Assembly: GCA_964563305.1 (NCBI GenBank)
Contig: CAZLXK010000001.1
Coordinates: 1-63,732 of the forward strand
Direction of reading: 5' to 3'
Origin: an uncultured Treponema sp.
Lineage (GTDB): Bacteria > Spirochaetota > Spirochaetia > Treponematales > Treponemataceae
DNA length: 63,732 nt
In this document: piece by piece, positions 40,682-50,890 of the stretch
Numbering within the stretch: the first letter of the stretch is position 1
How the letters are laid out: the number at the start of each line of letters is the position of its first letter
Notes under the pieces: generated by a model
Seen by the model: the letters and a program-made list of their open reading frames with translations, nothing else
Told to the model about the DNA's origin: nothing
Database searches by the model: none
Program-made: the position numbers and the translations under genes

Positions 40682-40743
40682 CGTCATTTTGAATTTGATT
40701 CAAAGTCTGAAATTGACAGATTCCGAAACTAGTTCGGAATGAC
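40682..40743. repeat. Inverted pair of REP-like palindromes
   Basis: gtcattttgaatttgattcaaagtct ... agattccgaaactagttcggaatgac. Confidence 0.75.
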
Positions 40744-40762
40744 ATATTACGGAAAATAAAAA

Positions 40763-41110
40763 ATGCACGAACTTGGAATTACTTTTTATATTATAAAAGA
40801 TGTAAAAAATGTTGCTTTGGAAAATAATGTTTCAAAAGTTCATTCGGTAAGTTTAGAAATTGGCGAAGTTTCTGGAATTATTGATGAATATTTGGAAGAT
40901 TGTTGGAATTGGGCAGTAAAAAAAGAAGGTCCGCTTTTGCAAGACGCAAAACTTATTTGCGAAACTTTAAAAGCAATTACTTATTGTACAAATTGCAATA
41001 AAACTTATGAAACCGTTAAGTTCGGAAAAATTTGTCCTTATTGCAAAAGTGAAAAAACTTATTTAAAAGTTGGAACTGATTGCAATATCAAACAAATTGA
41101 AGCGAGTTGA
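40763..41110 (+). CDS. hypA: Nickel metallochaperone
   Basis: MHE start, two CxxC motifs. Confidence 0.93.
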   Translation: MHELGITFYIIKDVKNVALENNVSKVHSVSLEIGEVSGIIDEYLEDCWNWAVKKEGPLLQDAKLICETLKAITYCTNCNKTYETVKFGKICPYCKSEKTYLKVGTDCNIKQIEAS

Positions 41111-41244
41111 TTTTTTTTATGCTTGTCATTTTAAAGCGGTGATTGTGCGTAGAAATTTTCTAAAAAAGTGTAATTGAAGTGCTTGACACGACAATATTTT
41201 GGCAAGAAAAATTCTTCAGCAAGAAAATCTGCAGAATAAAAAAT

Positions 41245-44049
41245 TCAATCTTTTGTTTTAAGCGATTCAACCATATCAATTTTTGTAATCGATTTTTTCA
41301 TCATAAAATTAACTAGAATTGTAAAAATCAGCGAAACACAAAAAGCGTAAACGTAACTTAAAGGATGAACAGATCTTCCCCACATAATTACATTAACTTC
41401 TGTTGCGTGAACTACAAGCGAATGTAAAGGTCCGCCTAAAAAAAGTCCAATCAAAGTTCCTAAAAAACTTAAAATATTTATTTCCCTAAAAATATATTTT
41501 TGTGCTTCTTTTTCTGTGTAACCTAAAACTAGCAAAGTTGCAATTTCTCTTTTGCGTTCACAAATATTTATGTTTGCCAAATTATACAAAACTATAATCG
41601 AAAGTAAGCCAGAAGTTATTATTACAACAAGAACTACAATATCAATGCTAGAAATTGTTTTGTGTGCATTTTTTAAAATACTGTCGACCCAAATTGCGTA
41701 AGTTACGTTTGGACTTTCCATTAAAGAAGAAACTGTTTCTTGATTATTTTTTTGCGGATTTAGTAAAAGCAGTGCAAGTTTAAAATTTGGTTTTTTGCCG
41801 AATAAATTTTCATATTCTTTTTGGCAAGCATAAACGTTTGAATATAAATATGATTCTGTGATTGCGGAAATTTTTGCAGATTTTATAACGCCTTCTTGAT
41901 TTTCGATTGAAACAAAATCTCCAACTTTTACGCCAAGAATTTCTGATTGTTTTTCTGTGATTACAATTCCGTTTTCTTTAAGAAAAATTTTTTCGTGACC
42001 TTTGCGTTTTCTTAAAACCATAAAATCATTTAATTTAGTTTCATCTTCTGGAACAAAAAGTTGCATATCCAATTTTTTATTTTTGTTTGAAATTTTTACA
42101 TTTTCGTTTGAAAGTTTTATCCAAGACGAAACGTTATTTTTGTCATTTAAAAAATTTTTTACAAGCGAATCATTTTCAAAAACTTTTTCATCATCAACAA
42201 GAAGCAAAACTTTGTAAAGCGAAAGTTCGTTAAACTCAATGTTTATAATGTCTTGCAAAGAATCTCTAAGTCCAAATCCTGCAACAAGCAAAGCAGAACA
42301 GCCAGCAACTCCGGCAAGCGTCATCCACAATCTTTTTTTGTAGCGGAACAAATTTCGCATTGTAACTTTTTTAGAAAAACTTAAACGATTCCAAATAAAT
42401 TTTATTCTTTCAAGAAAAATTCTTTTTCCTGGCTTTGGTGATTTTGGTGACATAAGTTTCGCTGGCAAAGAAATTGTTTCTGGAATACAAGCAAAAGCAG
42501 TTGCCACCAAAATTACGCTGATTGCAATAATGCTCACGGGAAGAGCAATGTTCCATCTAAAAGGCATTTTTCCAAGCGGAATTGTGTACATCATCGAGTA
42601 AGATAAACTTACGGCTGTTGGAAAAATTTTAAAACCTAAAATAAGTCCCACAGCGCAACCTAAAACGCTCGAAAGAAAAGCGTACAAAAGATATTGACTT
42701 AAAAGTTGAAAGCCAGAAAATCCCAAAGATTTTAAAGTTCCAATTTCAACACGTTTTTCTTCAACAAGTCGCGTCATTGTAGTTAATGCCACGAGCAACG
42801 CAATAAAGAAAAAGAAAACTGGAAAAACTTTACTTAGCGACGCAATTTTTTCAATATTATCTTTGTAACTTGAATAACCAACGCTTTGACTTCGACTTGC
42901 AACGCTAAAAATTCTATTTTGATTTTCTTGAACTTTACTAAAAATTTTTTCAATTTGACTTTTTGAACTTTCATAATTTACGCGGATTTTTTTTGAAGAA
43001 GTTTGATTTGTCGCAATTTTATTTTCGCTGATTTTTGCTGATGAAATTTGATTTTCGATTTTAGTTTCGGCACTTTTATTTGCAAAGTTTTTATCTTCTC
43101 GGATTTTATCATCGATTTGGCTTAACGCACTAATTAAATTTTCGTCAGCATTTTGTGATTTTAAAATTTCAAGAATTTGATTGTGATTTTTTTGTGCATT
43201 TTTTTCAGCATTTAAAAGTGAAGTTTCAGCATTTTTTGCTTCAATAAAAATTTTATTTAAGTTTTGCTTAAAATCGTTTAACGACGAAATTTGTAAATCA
43301 ACTTTTGGTTTTAATTCGTTTTGAAGCTCAAGTTGAACTTTTGAAATAAGATTTTTATATTCTTCGCTCCAAGTGTTCAAATCAGTAGCATTTTTTACAG
43401 TCAAAAAAATGTGATTGTAATTTTGATTTATAAAAAATTCTGGAAAAACATAAATCGCTAAATCAAGAAATCCCGAACCTTTTGTGCTTGGTTCAAGTTC
43501 CGCAGAAAAAAACATTGGACTTTGCACAATTCCAACAATTTTTAAATTTTCGCTTTTGTAAGTTCCGTTGTTTTCAAGAACTTCAAGATTTTGATTTATG
43601 CTTGGAAGATTTGTGTTAAACTGCCCAATCGCTTGAATAAGACATTCATTTTCATTTTGCGGAAATCTTCCTTCTTTAAGTTCAAAATTATTTACTTCAA
43701 TTTTCTGATTTTTTTCAAGAACGCCGAACATTCTCGCTGTAATTCGTTTTTTGTCTTGCGTCAAAAAAATTTCATCTTTAAGAATTGCTTTTTGAATTTT
43801 ATCAACATTTTCATTTTCTTGAATTAGAGAAATTTCTTCGGAAGTAAATGTCAAATAATTTATTACATCTAAATCGTACCAATTATATTTGTCCATATAA
43901 GAATCTGCGGCATCTTTCATATCTGGAGTTGTCGCTTCAAGTCCGCCAAGAAATCCCGCGCCCAAAGCAACAATCGCGCTGATTGCAAAAAATCTGTTCA
44001 GCGTACTTGTGATAGTTCTAAAAATATTTTTCGTTCTTGCAGTTTTCAT
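41245..44049 (-). CDS. FtsX/MacB-like ABC permease
   Basis: FPVFFFFIALLV, EIGTLKSLG, ERKREIATL. Confidence 0.88.
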   Translation of the reverse strand: MKTARTKNIFRTITSTLNRFFAISAIVALGAGFLGGLEATTPDMKDAADSYMDKYNWYDLDVINYLTFTSEEISLIQENENVDKIQKAILKDEIFLTQDKKRITARMFGVLEKNQKIEVNNFELKEGRFPQNENECLIQAIGQFNTNLPSINQNLEVLENNGTYKSENLKIVGIVQSPMFFSAELEPSTKGSGFLDLAIYVFPEFFINQNYNHIFLTVKNATDLNTWSEEYKNLISKVQLELQNELKPKVDLQISSLNDFKQNLNKIFIEAKNAETSLLNAEKNAQKNHNQILEILKSQNADENLISALSQIDDKIREDKNFANKSAETKIENQISSAKISENKIATNQTSSKKIRVNYESSKSQIEKIFSKVQENQNRIFSVASRSQSVGYSSYKDNIEKIASLSKVFPVFFFFIALLVALTTMTRLVEEKRVEIGTLKSLGFSGFQLLSQYLLYAFLSSVLGCAVGLILGFKIFPTAVSLSYSMMYTIPLGKMPFRWNIALPVSIIAISVILVATAFACIPETISLPAKLMSPKSPKPGKRIFLERIKFIWNRLSFSKKVTMRNLFRYKKRLWMTLAGVAGCSALLVAGFGLRDSLQDIINIEFNELSLYKVLLLVDDEKVFENDSLVKNFLNDKNNVSSWIKLSNENVKISNKNKKLDMQLFVPEDETKLNDFMVLRKRKGHEKIFLKENGIVITEKQSEILGVKVGDFVSIENQEGVIKSAKISAITESYLYSNVYACQKEYENLFGKKPNFKLALLLLNPQKNNQETVSSLMESPNVTYAIWVDSILKNAHKTISSIDIVVLVVIITSGLLSIIVLYNLANINICERKREIATLLVLGYTEKEAQKYIFREINILSFLGTLIGLFLGGPLHSLVVHATEVNVIMWGRSVHPLSYVYAFCVSLIFTILVNFMMKKSITKIDMVESLKTKD

Positions 44050-44058
44050 TTTTTTAAT

Positions 44059-44114
44059 TTTCTAATTCCTAACTTCTAAATCCTAATTCCTAACTTCTAA
44101 TTCCTAAATCTTAA
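44059..44114. repeat. Eight heptamer tandem repeats (ttcctaa/cttctaa/atcctaa)
   Basis: Read directly; fills the ATPase-permease gap. Confidence 0.9.
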
Positions 44115-44115
44115 A

Positions 44116-44817
44116 TCACCATTCAATTTGTTCAACGCTCAGCGGATTTTCAAAAGTTTCAGTTTTATACGCTTTTCCATTTTTAATGTGAATAACTCTG
44201 TCAGCAATTTTTGTAATAGAATTATTGTGCGTAATTACAACAACAGTTTTTCCATTTTTTTTACAAGTATCAAGCAAAACTTTTAAAACCGAAGTTCCAG
44301 TATTTGTGTCCAAAGCGCCAGTTGGTTCGTCACATAAAATTAATTCTGGATTTTTCGCCAACGCTCTTGCAATAGAAACGCGCTGTTGTTCTCCGCCAGA
44401 AAGTTGCGAAGGAAAATTATTTGCTCGCTCTTTTAGTCCAACTTCTTCAAGCATTTTCAGAGGATCAAAACTATCTTTACAAAGTTCAACCGCAAGTTCA
44501 ATATTTTCTTTTGCTGTTAAATTTTGCACAAGATTGTAAGACTGAAAAACAAAACCAACATTATTTCTTCTGTGAAACGTAAGTTCTTTTGCGCTAAGAT
44601 TTCCAATTTCTTTTCCATCAAAAAAAACTGAACCAGCAGAAACGCTGTCCATTCCGCCCAAGATATTTAAAAGCGTAGATTTTCCAGCGCCACTTGGTCC
44701 AACAATCACGCAAAATTCTCCTTTTTCAATTTTAAAATTCATATTGTCTAAAGCTTTAATTTCTTGCGTTCCACTTTTGTAAATTTTACAAACATCACAA
44801 AATTCTATGTAAGCCAT
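44116..44817 (-). CDS. LolD/MacB-like ABC ATPase
   Basis: GPSGAGKS, LSGGEQQR, DEPTGALD. Confidence 0.93.
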   Translation of the reverse strand: MAYIEFCDVCKIYKSGTQEIKALDNMNFKIEKGEFCVIVGPSGAGKSTLLNILGGMDSVSAGSVFFDGKEIGNLSAKELTFHRRNNVGFVFQSYNLVQNLTAKENIELAVELCKDSFDPLKMLEEVGLKERANNFPSQLSGGEQQRVSIARALAKNPELILCDEPTGALDTNTGTSVLKVLLDTCKKNGKTVVVITHNNSITKIADRVIHIKNGKAYKTETFENPLSVEQIEW

Positions 44818-44878
44818 TTTTTCTCCTTTTAATTTGCGGATTTTAAATTCTTAAAACCTAACGTTAGGTTTGCTACCG

Positions 44879-46426
44879 TCATTTTAATTTTTCAATTTTA
44901 TTTTTATAAGTAAAAGGCAAATGTTCTTTTAAAATGATTTTAAAACCTTCGCCATCATTTGCAAAAAGAAAATTTATATATTCAAGCAAAGGCGCAAAAT
45001 CAGAATTTGTATCAAAACTTGGAAGCGAAAAATTTTTTAATTCCGTCGCTGATTTTTGATCTTGAAGATTTTGATTTTCGCTAGAAAAATTCTCGCCGTT
45101 TTGTTTTGAACTTTCTGATTGACTTTGCAATTTTTTATCATCAAAAAAAATTTTGTCGTTTAAGTTTTGAACATTTTGTAAATTAAAAAAATCTTCGTCG
45201 CTTAAATTTTCAAAATCCGTAAAATCAGCAAAATCCAAATTGTTTACAGAAAATTTTGAAAGTTGCGTGCAAAGAGCAAGCGAAACTTCATAAAGCGAAA
45301 GTCCGTCGTCGCTCAAACCGCGAGAAACTAAACTGTGCTTTTCGTTGTAATAAGAATTTATTGTTGGACAAATTTTATAAATCGAAGTTAAAAATTGATT
45401 TATTTTTCTAGCATTTAAACTTGAACTTGAAGTCGAATCAGAATCAAAACTCGAAGTAAAATCCGAAGTCCCGCCAGAAAAATTAAAATCTAAAGTTTGC
45501 AAATTTTCTGAAGTTTCAGAATTTGAAAATCCGCTAGAAAAATCTTCATCAAGAAAAATATCTTTTCCCGCTCTCTTAAATCCCCAAAAACTCAAAGGCA
45601 AATAAGGCACAATGTCGCTTGAATTTATAAAATTAAAAATATTGTAATCCGTAAAATTAAGCGAAGTTTTTATAGTTTGCGGACAAGCGAAAGTGTAGGC
45701 GAAAATTTTTGAAGAATCGTAAACTTGATTTAGCAAAACTGCCAAAAGATTTGCAACCGCAGCCCCTCGAGAATGTCCGGCTAAAATAATAATTGGATTT
45801 TTTTCTTGAACAAAATTTTGAAAATCTAAAAAAATGTCTTCCGCTGAATACAAAAAATTGTAAGCAAAGTTTGGATTGTTTTTGTCGCTTTTGTCGCCAG
45901 CGTTGCTTTCTTTATTTTCGTCGCTTTCGCCGATTAAATTTGTCGCTGAACTTGCCACGCTTGAACTTGCCGAAATTAAATCTGAAGTTAAAACGCTCGG
46001 AGCAAAATCAAAATCTGAATAAAATTCGTTTCCGTCAGTTCCGCGAATTACAATTAAATAAGCGTCAAAAATTTTTTCTTGATTTTGCACTTGATTTTCT
46101 GACTTTTCTTGCTGAACAAAAATTTTCCCTTTTGCAAAAGTGTAAGCGCTTGTGTGATCAATTTGATTTTTTTCTTTTTCGTAATTAACTTGCCTTAAAA
46201 CTTCAAAATTGTAATTTTCAAAAATTCGTTTTGTATTTTTTGCAGAATGTCCGCTTGAAAGTTCTAAAAGTGAAATTGCTAAATCCTTAGAATATAAAGA
46301 ATTATCTTGTGGCAAAATTAGTTTTTTTTGTGCGGAAGAAACTTGTGCAAAATCTTGTGCTAAAACTTTTGTCGCTAACGGAAAAATCAAAAATATAACA
46401 AAAACTGCAAAAACTTTAACTTTCAT
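44879..46426 (-). CDS. Exported class 3 lipase-like protein
   Basis: Signal peptide, IRGT, GHSRG nucleophile elbow, YTFACP, DIVPYLP. Confidence 0.85.
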   Translation of the reverse strand: MKVKVFAVFVIFLIFPLATKVLAQDFAQVSSAQKKLILPQDNSLYSKDLAISLLELSSGHSAKNTKRIFENYNFEVLRQVNYEKEKNQIDHTSAYTFAKGKIFVQQEKSENQVQNQEKIFDAYLIVIRGTDGNEFYSDFDFAPSVLTSDLISASSSVASSATNLIGESDENKESNAGDKSDKNNPNFAYNFLYSAEDIFLDFQNFVQEKNPIIILAGHSRGAAVANLLAVLLNQVYDSSKIFAYTFACPQTIKTSLNFTDYNIFNFINSSDIVPYLPLSFWGFKRAGKDIFLDEDFSSGFSNSETSENLQTLDFNFSGGTSDFTSSFDSDSTSSSSLNARKINQFLTSIYKICPTINSYYNEKHSLVSRGLSDDGLSLYEVSLALCTQLSKFSVNNLDFADFTDFENLSDEDFFNLQNVQNLNDKIFFDDKKLQSQSESSKQNGENFSSENQNLQDQKSATELKNFSLPSFDTNSDFAPLLEYINFLFANDGEGFKIILKEHLPFTYKNKIEKLK

Positions 46427-46481
46427 ATTTAAACTATAAAGAAAATCAGTTTTTAGGTAAATTAAAAATCTTTTATAAAAA

Positions 46482-46582
46482 TTTGGAGCAAATTTTTTGT
46501 GCTAACCGCCCTTCCGTACTTCCGTTTTCACTTCATTCTTGCTTTGCAAGAACGCTGTCGCGGTACTACACGGCGGGCTAAG
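46482..46582 (-). repeat. Dispersed modular repeat copy (inverted)
   Basis: ggcgggcta at 46572, ccgccc at 46506, ggagc near 46485. Confidence 0.85.
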
Positions 46583-46824
46583 TTTTTCTGCAAGAAACTT
46601 CAAACTTTTTTACTTAAATTTCGTCTAAAATAAAAAAACTTGAAAATTCAAAAAAATCTTATTAAAATTGAATTTGTAAAACAAAAAATTTTCTTTTTCA
46701 ATTCAAAAAGTCTTTTGATGAAACTTATAAAAATCTTGCAACTTCAAAAAATCATTTTAATTTGTGAAAATCTCTGTAAAAAATTTAAAAAATTTGCAGA
46801 AAAATCACAAAATCGGAGGAAAAA

Positions 46825-48117
46825 ATGAAAAAATCCTTAAAAATTTTAAGCGGAACTTTGCTTTTTGCAAGTTTATTTCTCGCGGTTTCTTGCCCAAATC
46901 CAAATTCAGATCCTTCAACAACAGACGAAACAGAAAGTGACATTTCAAACAATTTAAGCGAATCTTCTGGCACAAACGAAGTTTCTGGAAAAACTTACGC
47001 AAGTTCTTCAACTTCGTCAAAAGTTGCTTTTAGTGATTCTTCAATGACAATTTATTCTTCACAAGCAACATCATCAAGTTCGGCAAATGCAAATCGAATA
47101 AGTCGTGCAGTTTCTTCAAGCGACACGCCACTTTTAACTTACAATTATTCTTACAATTCTGAAGACAAAACTTTGGAACTTCAACTTGCAAATCTTTGGG
47201 ATTCAAACGCGGCTGCAATTTCTTATAAAACTCAAGTTGAAAACTTAAAATCTGTTTGCGAAAATTTAACAGCACAAATCCAATCACAATTTGATATCAA
47301 AACAAACGCAAATTACAACACTTTGATCGAATCTTTAAACAAACTCGACACAACTAACAGTTATTATGGCAACGCTGTAGGAATTTTAATTACTCAAAAA
47401 TTAAATTCTTATGTCGATTCTCAAAAATCAAACTTAAACGAATATTTAAAGCGAAAATATAATTCAACTGTAAAATTTTCTTATAGCACGGAAAACTCAA
47501 AACTTGCACTTACTCAGCAATTTCAAAATGATTTAACTGACGCTTCTTCTGAGTTTACTTCGGGCGATTCATACAATGTTGTTTTAAATGGATACGATTC
47601 TCTAAAACCTTTTGCAATTACGCTTACGCCAAGCGATTCATCACTTTCAAGTCAAGAATTTGTTGGACTTCCGACTTTTTCTACAAGCGGAGCAACTACA
47701 ACTATGAGCGTTGATTTGTACGAATATTTAGGCGAAGACATTTTAGCAGAAAATTTTGACGCTGCAAGTTTAGCGGCAACTAAGGCGACAGAACTTATAA
47801 CTTATTTAAGCACAAAACTTACATCAGTTAATTCTAACTCAGCAGAACTTGCAAAATTGTTAGTCGAAATACAAAATGATAAAACTACAACGATTGAATC
47901 TTGGATTGATGAAATTTTCGCTTCAAAAACTTTAACTGCAACAGTTTCTGTTGATACAACAACTGCAAACTCGCCAATCATTACGCTTACAACAACAAAA
48001 GATTTTTCTAGCCAAGACGAAACTTATAAAATTTCAAGCGGAACTTCTATAAATCTTTCGTATTATCCAATTCTTTCTTCAACAATTGCTGTAGATGATT
48101 TATCATTGGAAGAATAA
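46825..48117 (+). CDS. Ser/Thr-rich lipoprotein of unknown function
   Basis: GGAGG RBS, lipobox LAVSC, 430 aa. Confidence 0.8.
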   Translation: MKKSLKILSGTLLFASLFLAVSCPNPNSDPSTTDETESDISNNLSESSGTNEVSGKTYASSSTSSKVAFSDSSMTIYSSQATSSSSANANRISRAVSSSDTPLLTYNYSYNSEDKTLELQLANLWDSNAAAISYKTQVENLKSVCENLTAQIQSQFDIKTNANYNTLIESLNKLDTTNSYYGNAVGILITQKLNSYVDSQKSNLNEYLKRKYNSTVKFSYSTENSKLALTQQFQNDLTDASSEFTSGDSYNVVLNGYDSLKPFAITLTPSDSSLSSQEFVGLPTFSTSGATTTMSVDLYEYLGEDILAENFDAASLAATKATELITYLSTKLTSVNSNSAELAKLLVEIQNDKTTTIESWIDEIFASKTLTATVSVDTTTANSPIITLTTTKDFSSQDETYKISSGTSINLSYYPILSSTIAVDDLSLEE

Positions 48118-48242
48118 AGTTTTCGCTGGTGTTGAAATTCTGTGCGAACTTGTTTGCCAACAAGCAAAACGAAGAATCTTGTAGCACTTGAATTTTATAA
48201 CTGGCAACTTACTTAAGAAAACTGGCACTTGTCGCTATCTTC

Positions 48243-48452
48243 GAGGATCTAGCCCCGACAGTAAGGGCGAGCGTAGCGAGTTGCGAAGTGACGGTGATTG
48301 AACTTGCAACAAAATTTCTAGTAGCAAGGTAAAAACCACCAAAACGTAGCAATGTAGGCGACAAGCCGAAACCCTGAATGGCGGGTTTCGTTTAGGGCGA
48401 GTTCTTAACAAGAAAAAATAAACAGCAAATAAAAAAAACGTGCTCCAAAAAA
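48243..48452 (+). repeat. Dispersed modular repeat copy (TAGCCCCG type)
   Basis: GAGGATCTAGCCCCG ... GGCGGGTTTCG ... GCTCCAAA. Confidence 0.8.
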
Positions 48453-48491
48453 AACAAAAAATAAAAAATTCATTTAAGAAAGGAGAAAATT

Positions 48492-49049
48492 ATGAATCTT
48501 GAAGCAAAAAAAGCGGCCATTATGCCAGAAGGCGTTTTTATTATTGGAACTTATGACGAAAATGGCGTTCCGAATGCAATGAATGCCGCTTGGGGAATTC
48601 AGTCGGATTTTGAAGAAATTACTTTGTATCTTTCTAAGCACAAAACAACTGAAAATGTAAAAAAAACAAAAGCGTTTACAGTTGCCTTTGCCACTCAAGA
48701 AACAGTTGCAATCAGCGATTATTTTGGAATTGATTCCGGCAACAAAGTAAATAAAATTGAAAAAGCCGGTTGCCACGTTCACAAAGCGGAACACGTAAAT
48801 GCACCAATTATTGAAGAATATCCAGTTACGCTCGAATGTGAATGTAAGAGTTTTGATGACAACACAGGAATTCTTGTAGGAAAAATTGTAAATGAAGTTG
48901 TTGATGAAAAAGTTATGACAAACGGAACTGTTGATTTGGACAAACTAAAACCAATAATTTATGATATGTCAACAAGAACTTATCGCGTGATTGGTCCAGT
49001 TGTGGGAACTGCTTGGAAAGAAGGACTTTCAATTAAAAATCGCGATTAA
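48492..49049 (+). CDS. Flavin reductase family (flavoredoxin-like) protein
   Basis: PNAMNAAW, DYFGIDSG, NAPIIEEYPVTLEC. Confidence 0.88.
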   Translation: MNLEAKKAAIMPEGVFIIGTYDENGVPNAMNAAWGIQSDFEEITLYLSKHKTTENVKKTKAFTVAFATQETVAISDYFGIDSGNKVNKIEKAGCHVHKAEHVNAPIIEEYPVTLECECKSFDDNTGILVGKIVNEVVDEKVMTNGTVDLDKLKPIIYDMSTRTYRVIGPVVGTAWKEGLSIKNRD

Positions 49050-49096
49050 ATTTTTCGTGTAAATTTTGATTTAATTCCCGTTTAATTTTGATTTAT

Positions 49097-49345
49097 TTTG
49101 GAGCAAACTTTTTTATTTTCTTTTTATTTTTCTGTGCTAAGCGTCGCTCTAAAATAAACCCGCTTTTCGTGGTTTTGGCTTTCGCCTCCATTGCTTCGCA
49201 ACTCGCTCTGCTTGTCTGCCGTCAAGCAGGCTCGCCACTACAATCGGGGCTAGGTCTTCTAAAATTTGTGCTAAGCAACGCTTTTCAAAATAAAACCCAC
49301 CACAAAAACGTTAGACTTTAAAAGAAGCAAAGTTGCAGTTTAATA
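49097..49345 (-). repeat. Dispersed modular repeat copy (inverted, with 5' module)
   Basis: Reverse strand reads ...gcttagcacaaattttagaagacctagccccgattgtag...aagcgggtttat...gctccaaa. Confidence 0.85.
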
Positions 49346-49570
49346 GCCAAAATAACAACTTTTCTAAAATCTGAAAAAATTAGAAATAAAATTTGCAGCT
49401 TTATATAATTTAGATTCTGTCTACCAATCAATTTTTATTCTACAAATTCTACAAAATGAAAGATTTTTATGAATTTAAAAACAACTTTCAGCATAATTAA
49501 AATTGTGATTTCGACTTTGCGGTTACTGAGCCTGTCGAAGTATAATCACCAAAATCATCATCAACAAAAA

Positions 49571-50455
49571 TCACAAATCAAAAAGTTTTTTACAATTTGA
49601 ATCAACAATTTCGCTTAATTTGTTTGAACTTAAATTTCGTTTTGCTCCAATAAATTCATAAATGTAATTTAAGTTGTTCGGATTATTTTTAGAATTTTTT
49701 ACGGGAACTGGCGCATAATAAGGCGAATCGGTTTCTATAAGAAGTCGGTCTTTTGGAACAAAATTTATAATTTCTGAAATTTCATCAGCATTTTTTTTGC
49801 CAGAAAAAGTTACTGAACCATTAAAACTTACGTACCAACCTAAATCTAAAAAAAATTCCAATTCAGACTTTGAATAAGAAAATCCGTGAATAAAACCTTT
49901 GTTCCATTTTACCGCTTTTAAAACGTCCATTGTGTTTTTAAAACCTTGTCGCGAATGAAGAACAAAAGGCATATTTAGTTTTTTCGCCAGCGTTAATTGA
50001 AGAGCAAACAAATCGCATTCATCTTCAATAGTTTGTGAATCAAAAAAATCGTGATCTCGCCCAGAAAATTCAACTGAATTCCAATCGTGATCAATTCCCG
50101 AAGGTCCTAAGGCAACAATTTTATTTTGAAACTCATCGCTAGAATTAAAATCGCTGATTGTTTTTTCAAGTTCTTCAACATAATCAAAACGATTCATAAC
50201 GGAATCATAATCCATCATAATTCCTGCACAAAAATGAAACGCTTTTTTTAGATTTTTTTTGTCGTCTTCACTTTCAAGATTTTCAAGACAATTTTCTAAA
50301 TTTTCTACACGAAGAAAAATATCGTCTGCTCTAATTCCGCAATCAAGTGCAAAGTATGGTTTAGATTTTGCCCAATCATTTAAGATTTGACTTGCGTCAT
50401 CAATTCCTTCGTTTTGAAAAATTTGTGAAAAATTAAAAAAACAATCGCTGTACAT
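49571..50455 (-). CDS. TatD-family hydrolase with divergent metal ligands
   Basis: LHSR, HGFS, LIETDSPY. Confidence 0.85.
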   Translation of the reverse strand: MYSDCFFNFSQIFQNEGIDDASQILNDWAKSKPYFALDCGIRADDIFLRVENLENCLENLESEDDKKNLKKAFHFCAGIMMDYDSVMNRFDYVEELEKTISDFNSSDEFQNKIVALGPSGIDHDWNSVEFSGRDHDFFDSQTIEDECDLFALQLTLAKKLNMPFVLHSRQGFKNTMDVLKAVKWNKGFIHGFSYSKSELEFFLDLGWYVSFNGSVTFSGKKNADEISEIINFVPKDRLLIETDSPYYAPVPVKNSKNNPNNLNYIYEFIGAKRNLSSNKLSEIVDSNCKKLFDL

Positions 50456-50626
50456 AAAAATATTTTACTATAATTTGCGGATTTTTAAAAGTGTCGACAG
50501 TTACAATAAAAAATGCACTTTCGGCAAGAACCCTACTTCGCCATAATTTTAAATTTTTTTTGAAAAATTTGAATTTTTTGATTATATTTAACTTACAAAA
50601 TAAACCTTTTACTTTTTGAGGTGCTA

Positions 50627-50827
50627 ATGGAAAAAGAAAAAAATTACGGTTTAAAAGTTTATGACAAAAACGGCAAAGAACTTCATCTTCACGACAAAAT
50701 CAAATTTGGAGAACACGAAGGTTTAGTTGAATACAACTTCAATTTATGTTGCTTTATCTTAAAATGGAACGACGGAACTTCAAGGCAAATCACTTCTAAT
50801 TTTGCACAAGAACTTGAAATTGTTTAG
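50627..50827 (+). CDS. Small protein resembling the YopX C-terminal half
   Basis: GLKVYDKNGKELHLHDKI; GAGG RBS. Confidence 0.55.
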   Translation: MEKEKNYGLKVYDKNGKELHLHDKIKFGEHEGLVEYNFNLCCFILKWNDGTSRQITSNFAQELEIV

Positions 50828-50890
50828 ACAAATCTTTTTACAACATTTTATAAAACTTTTGCGACACAAATTTTTCGACGCTTTCATTTT

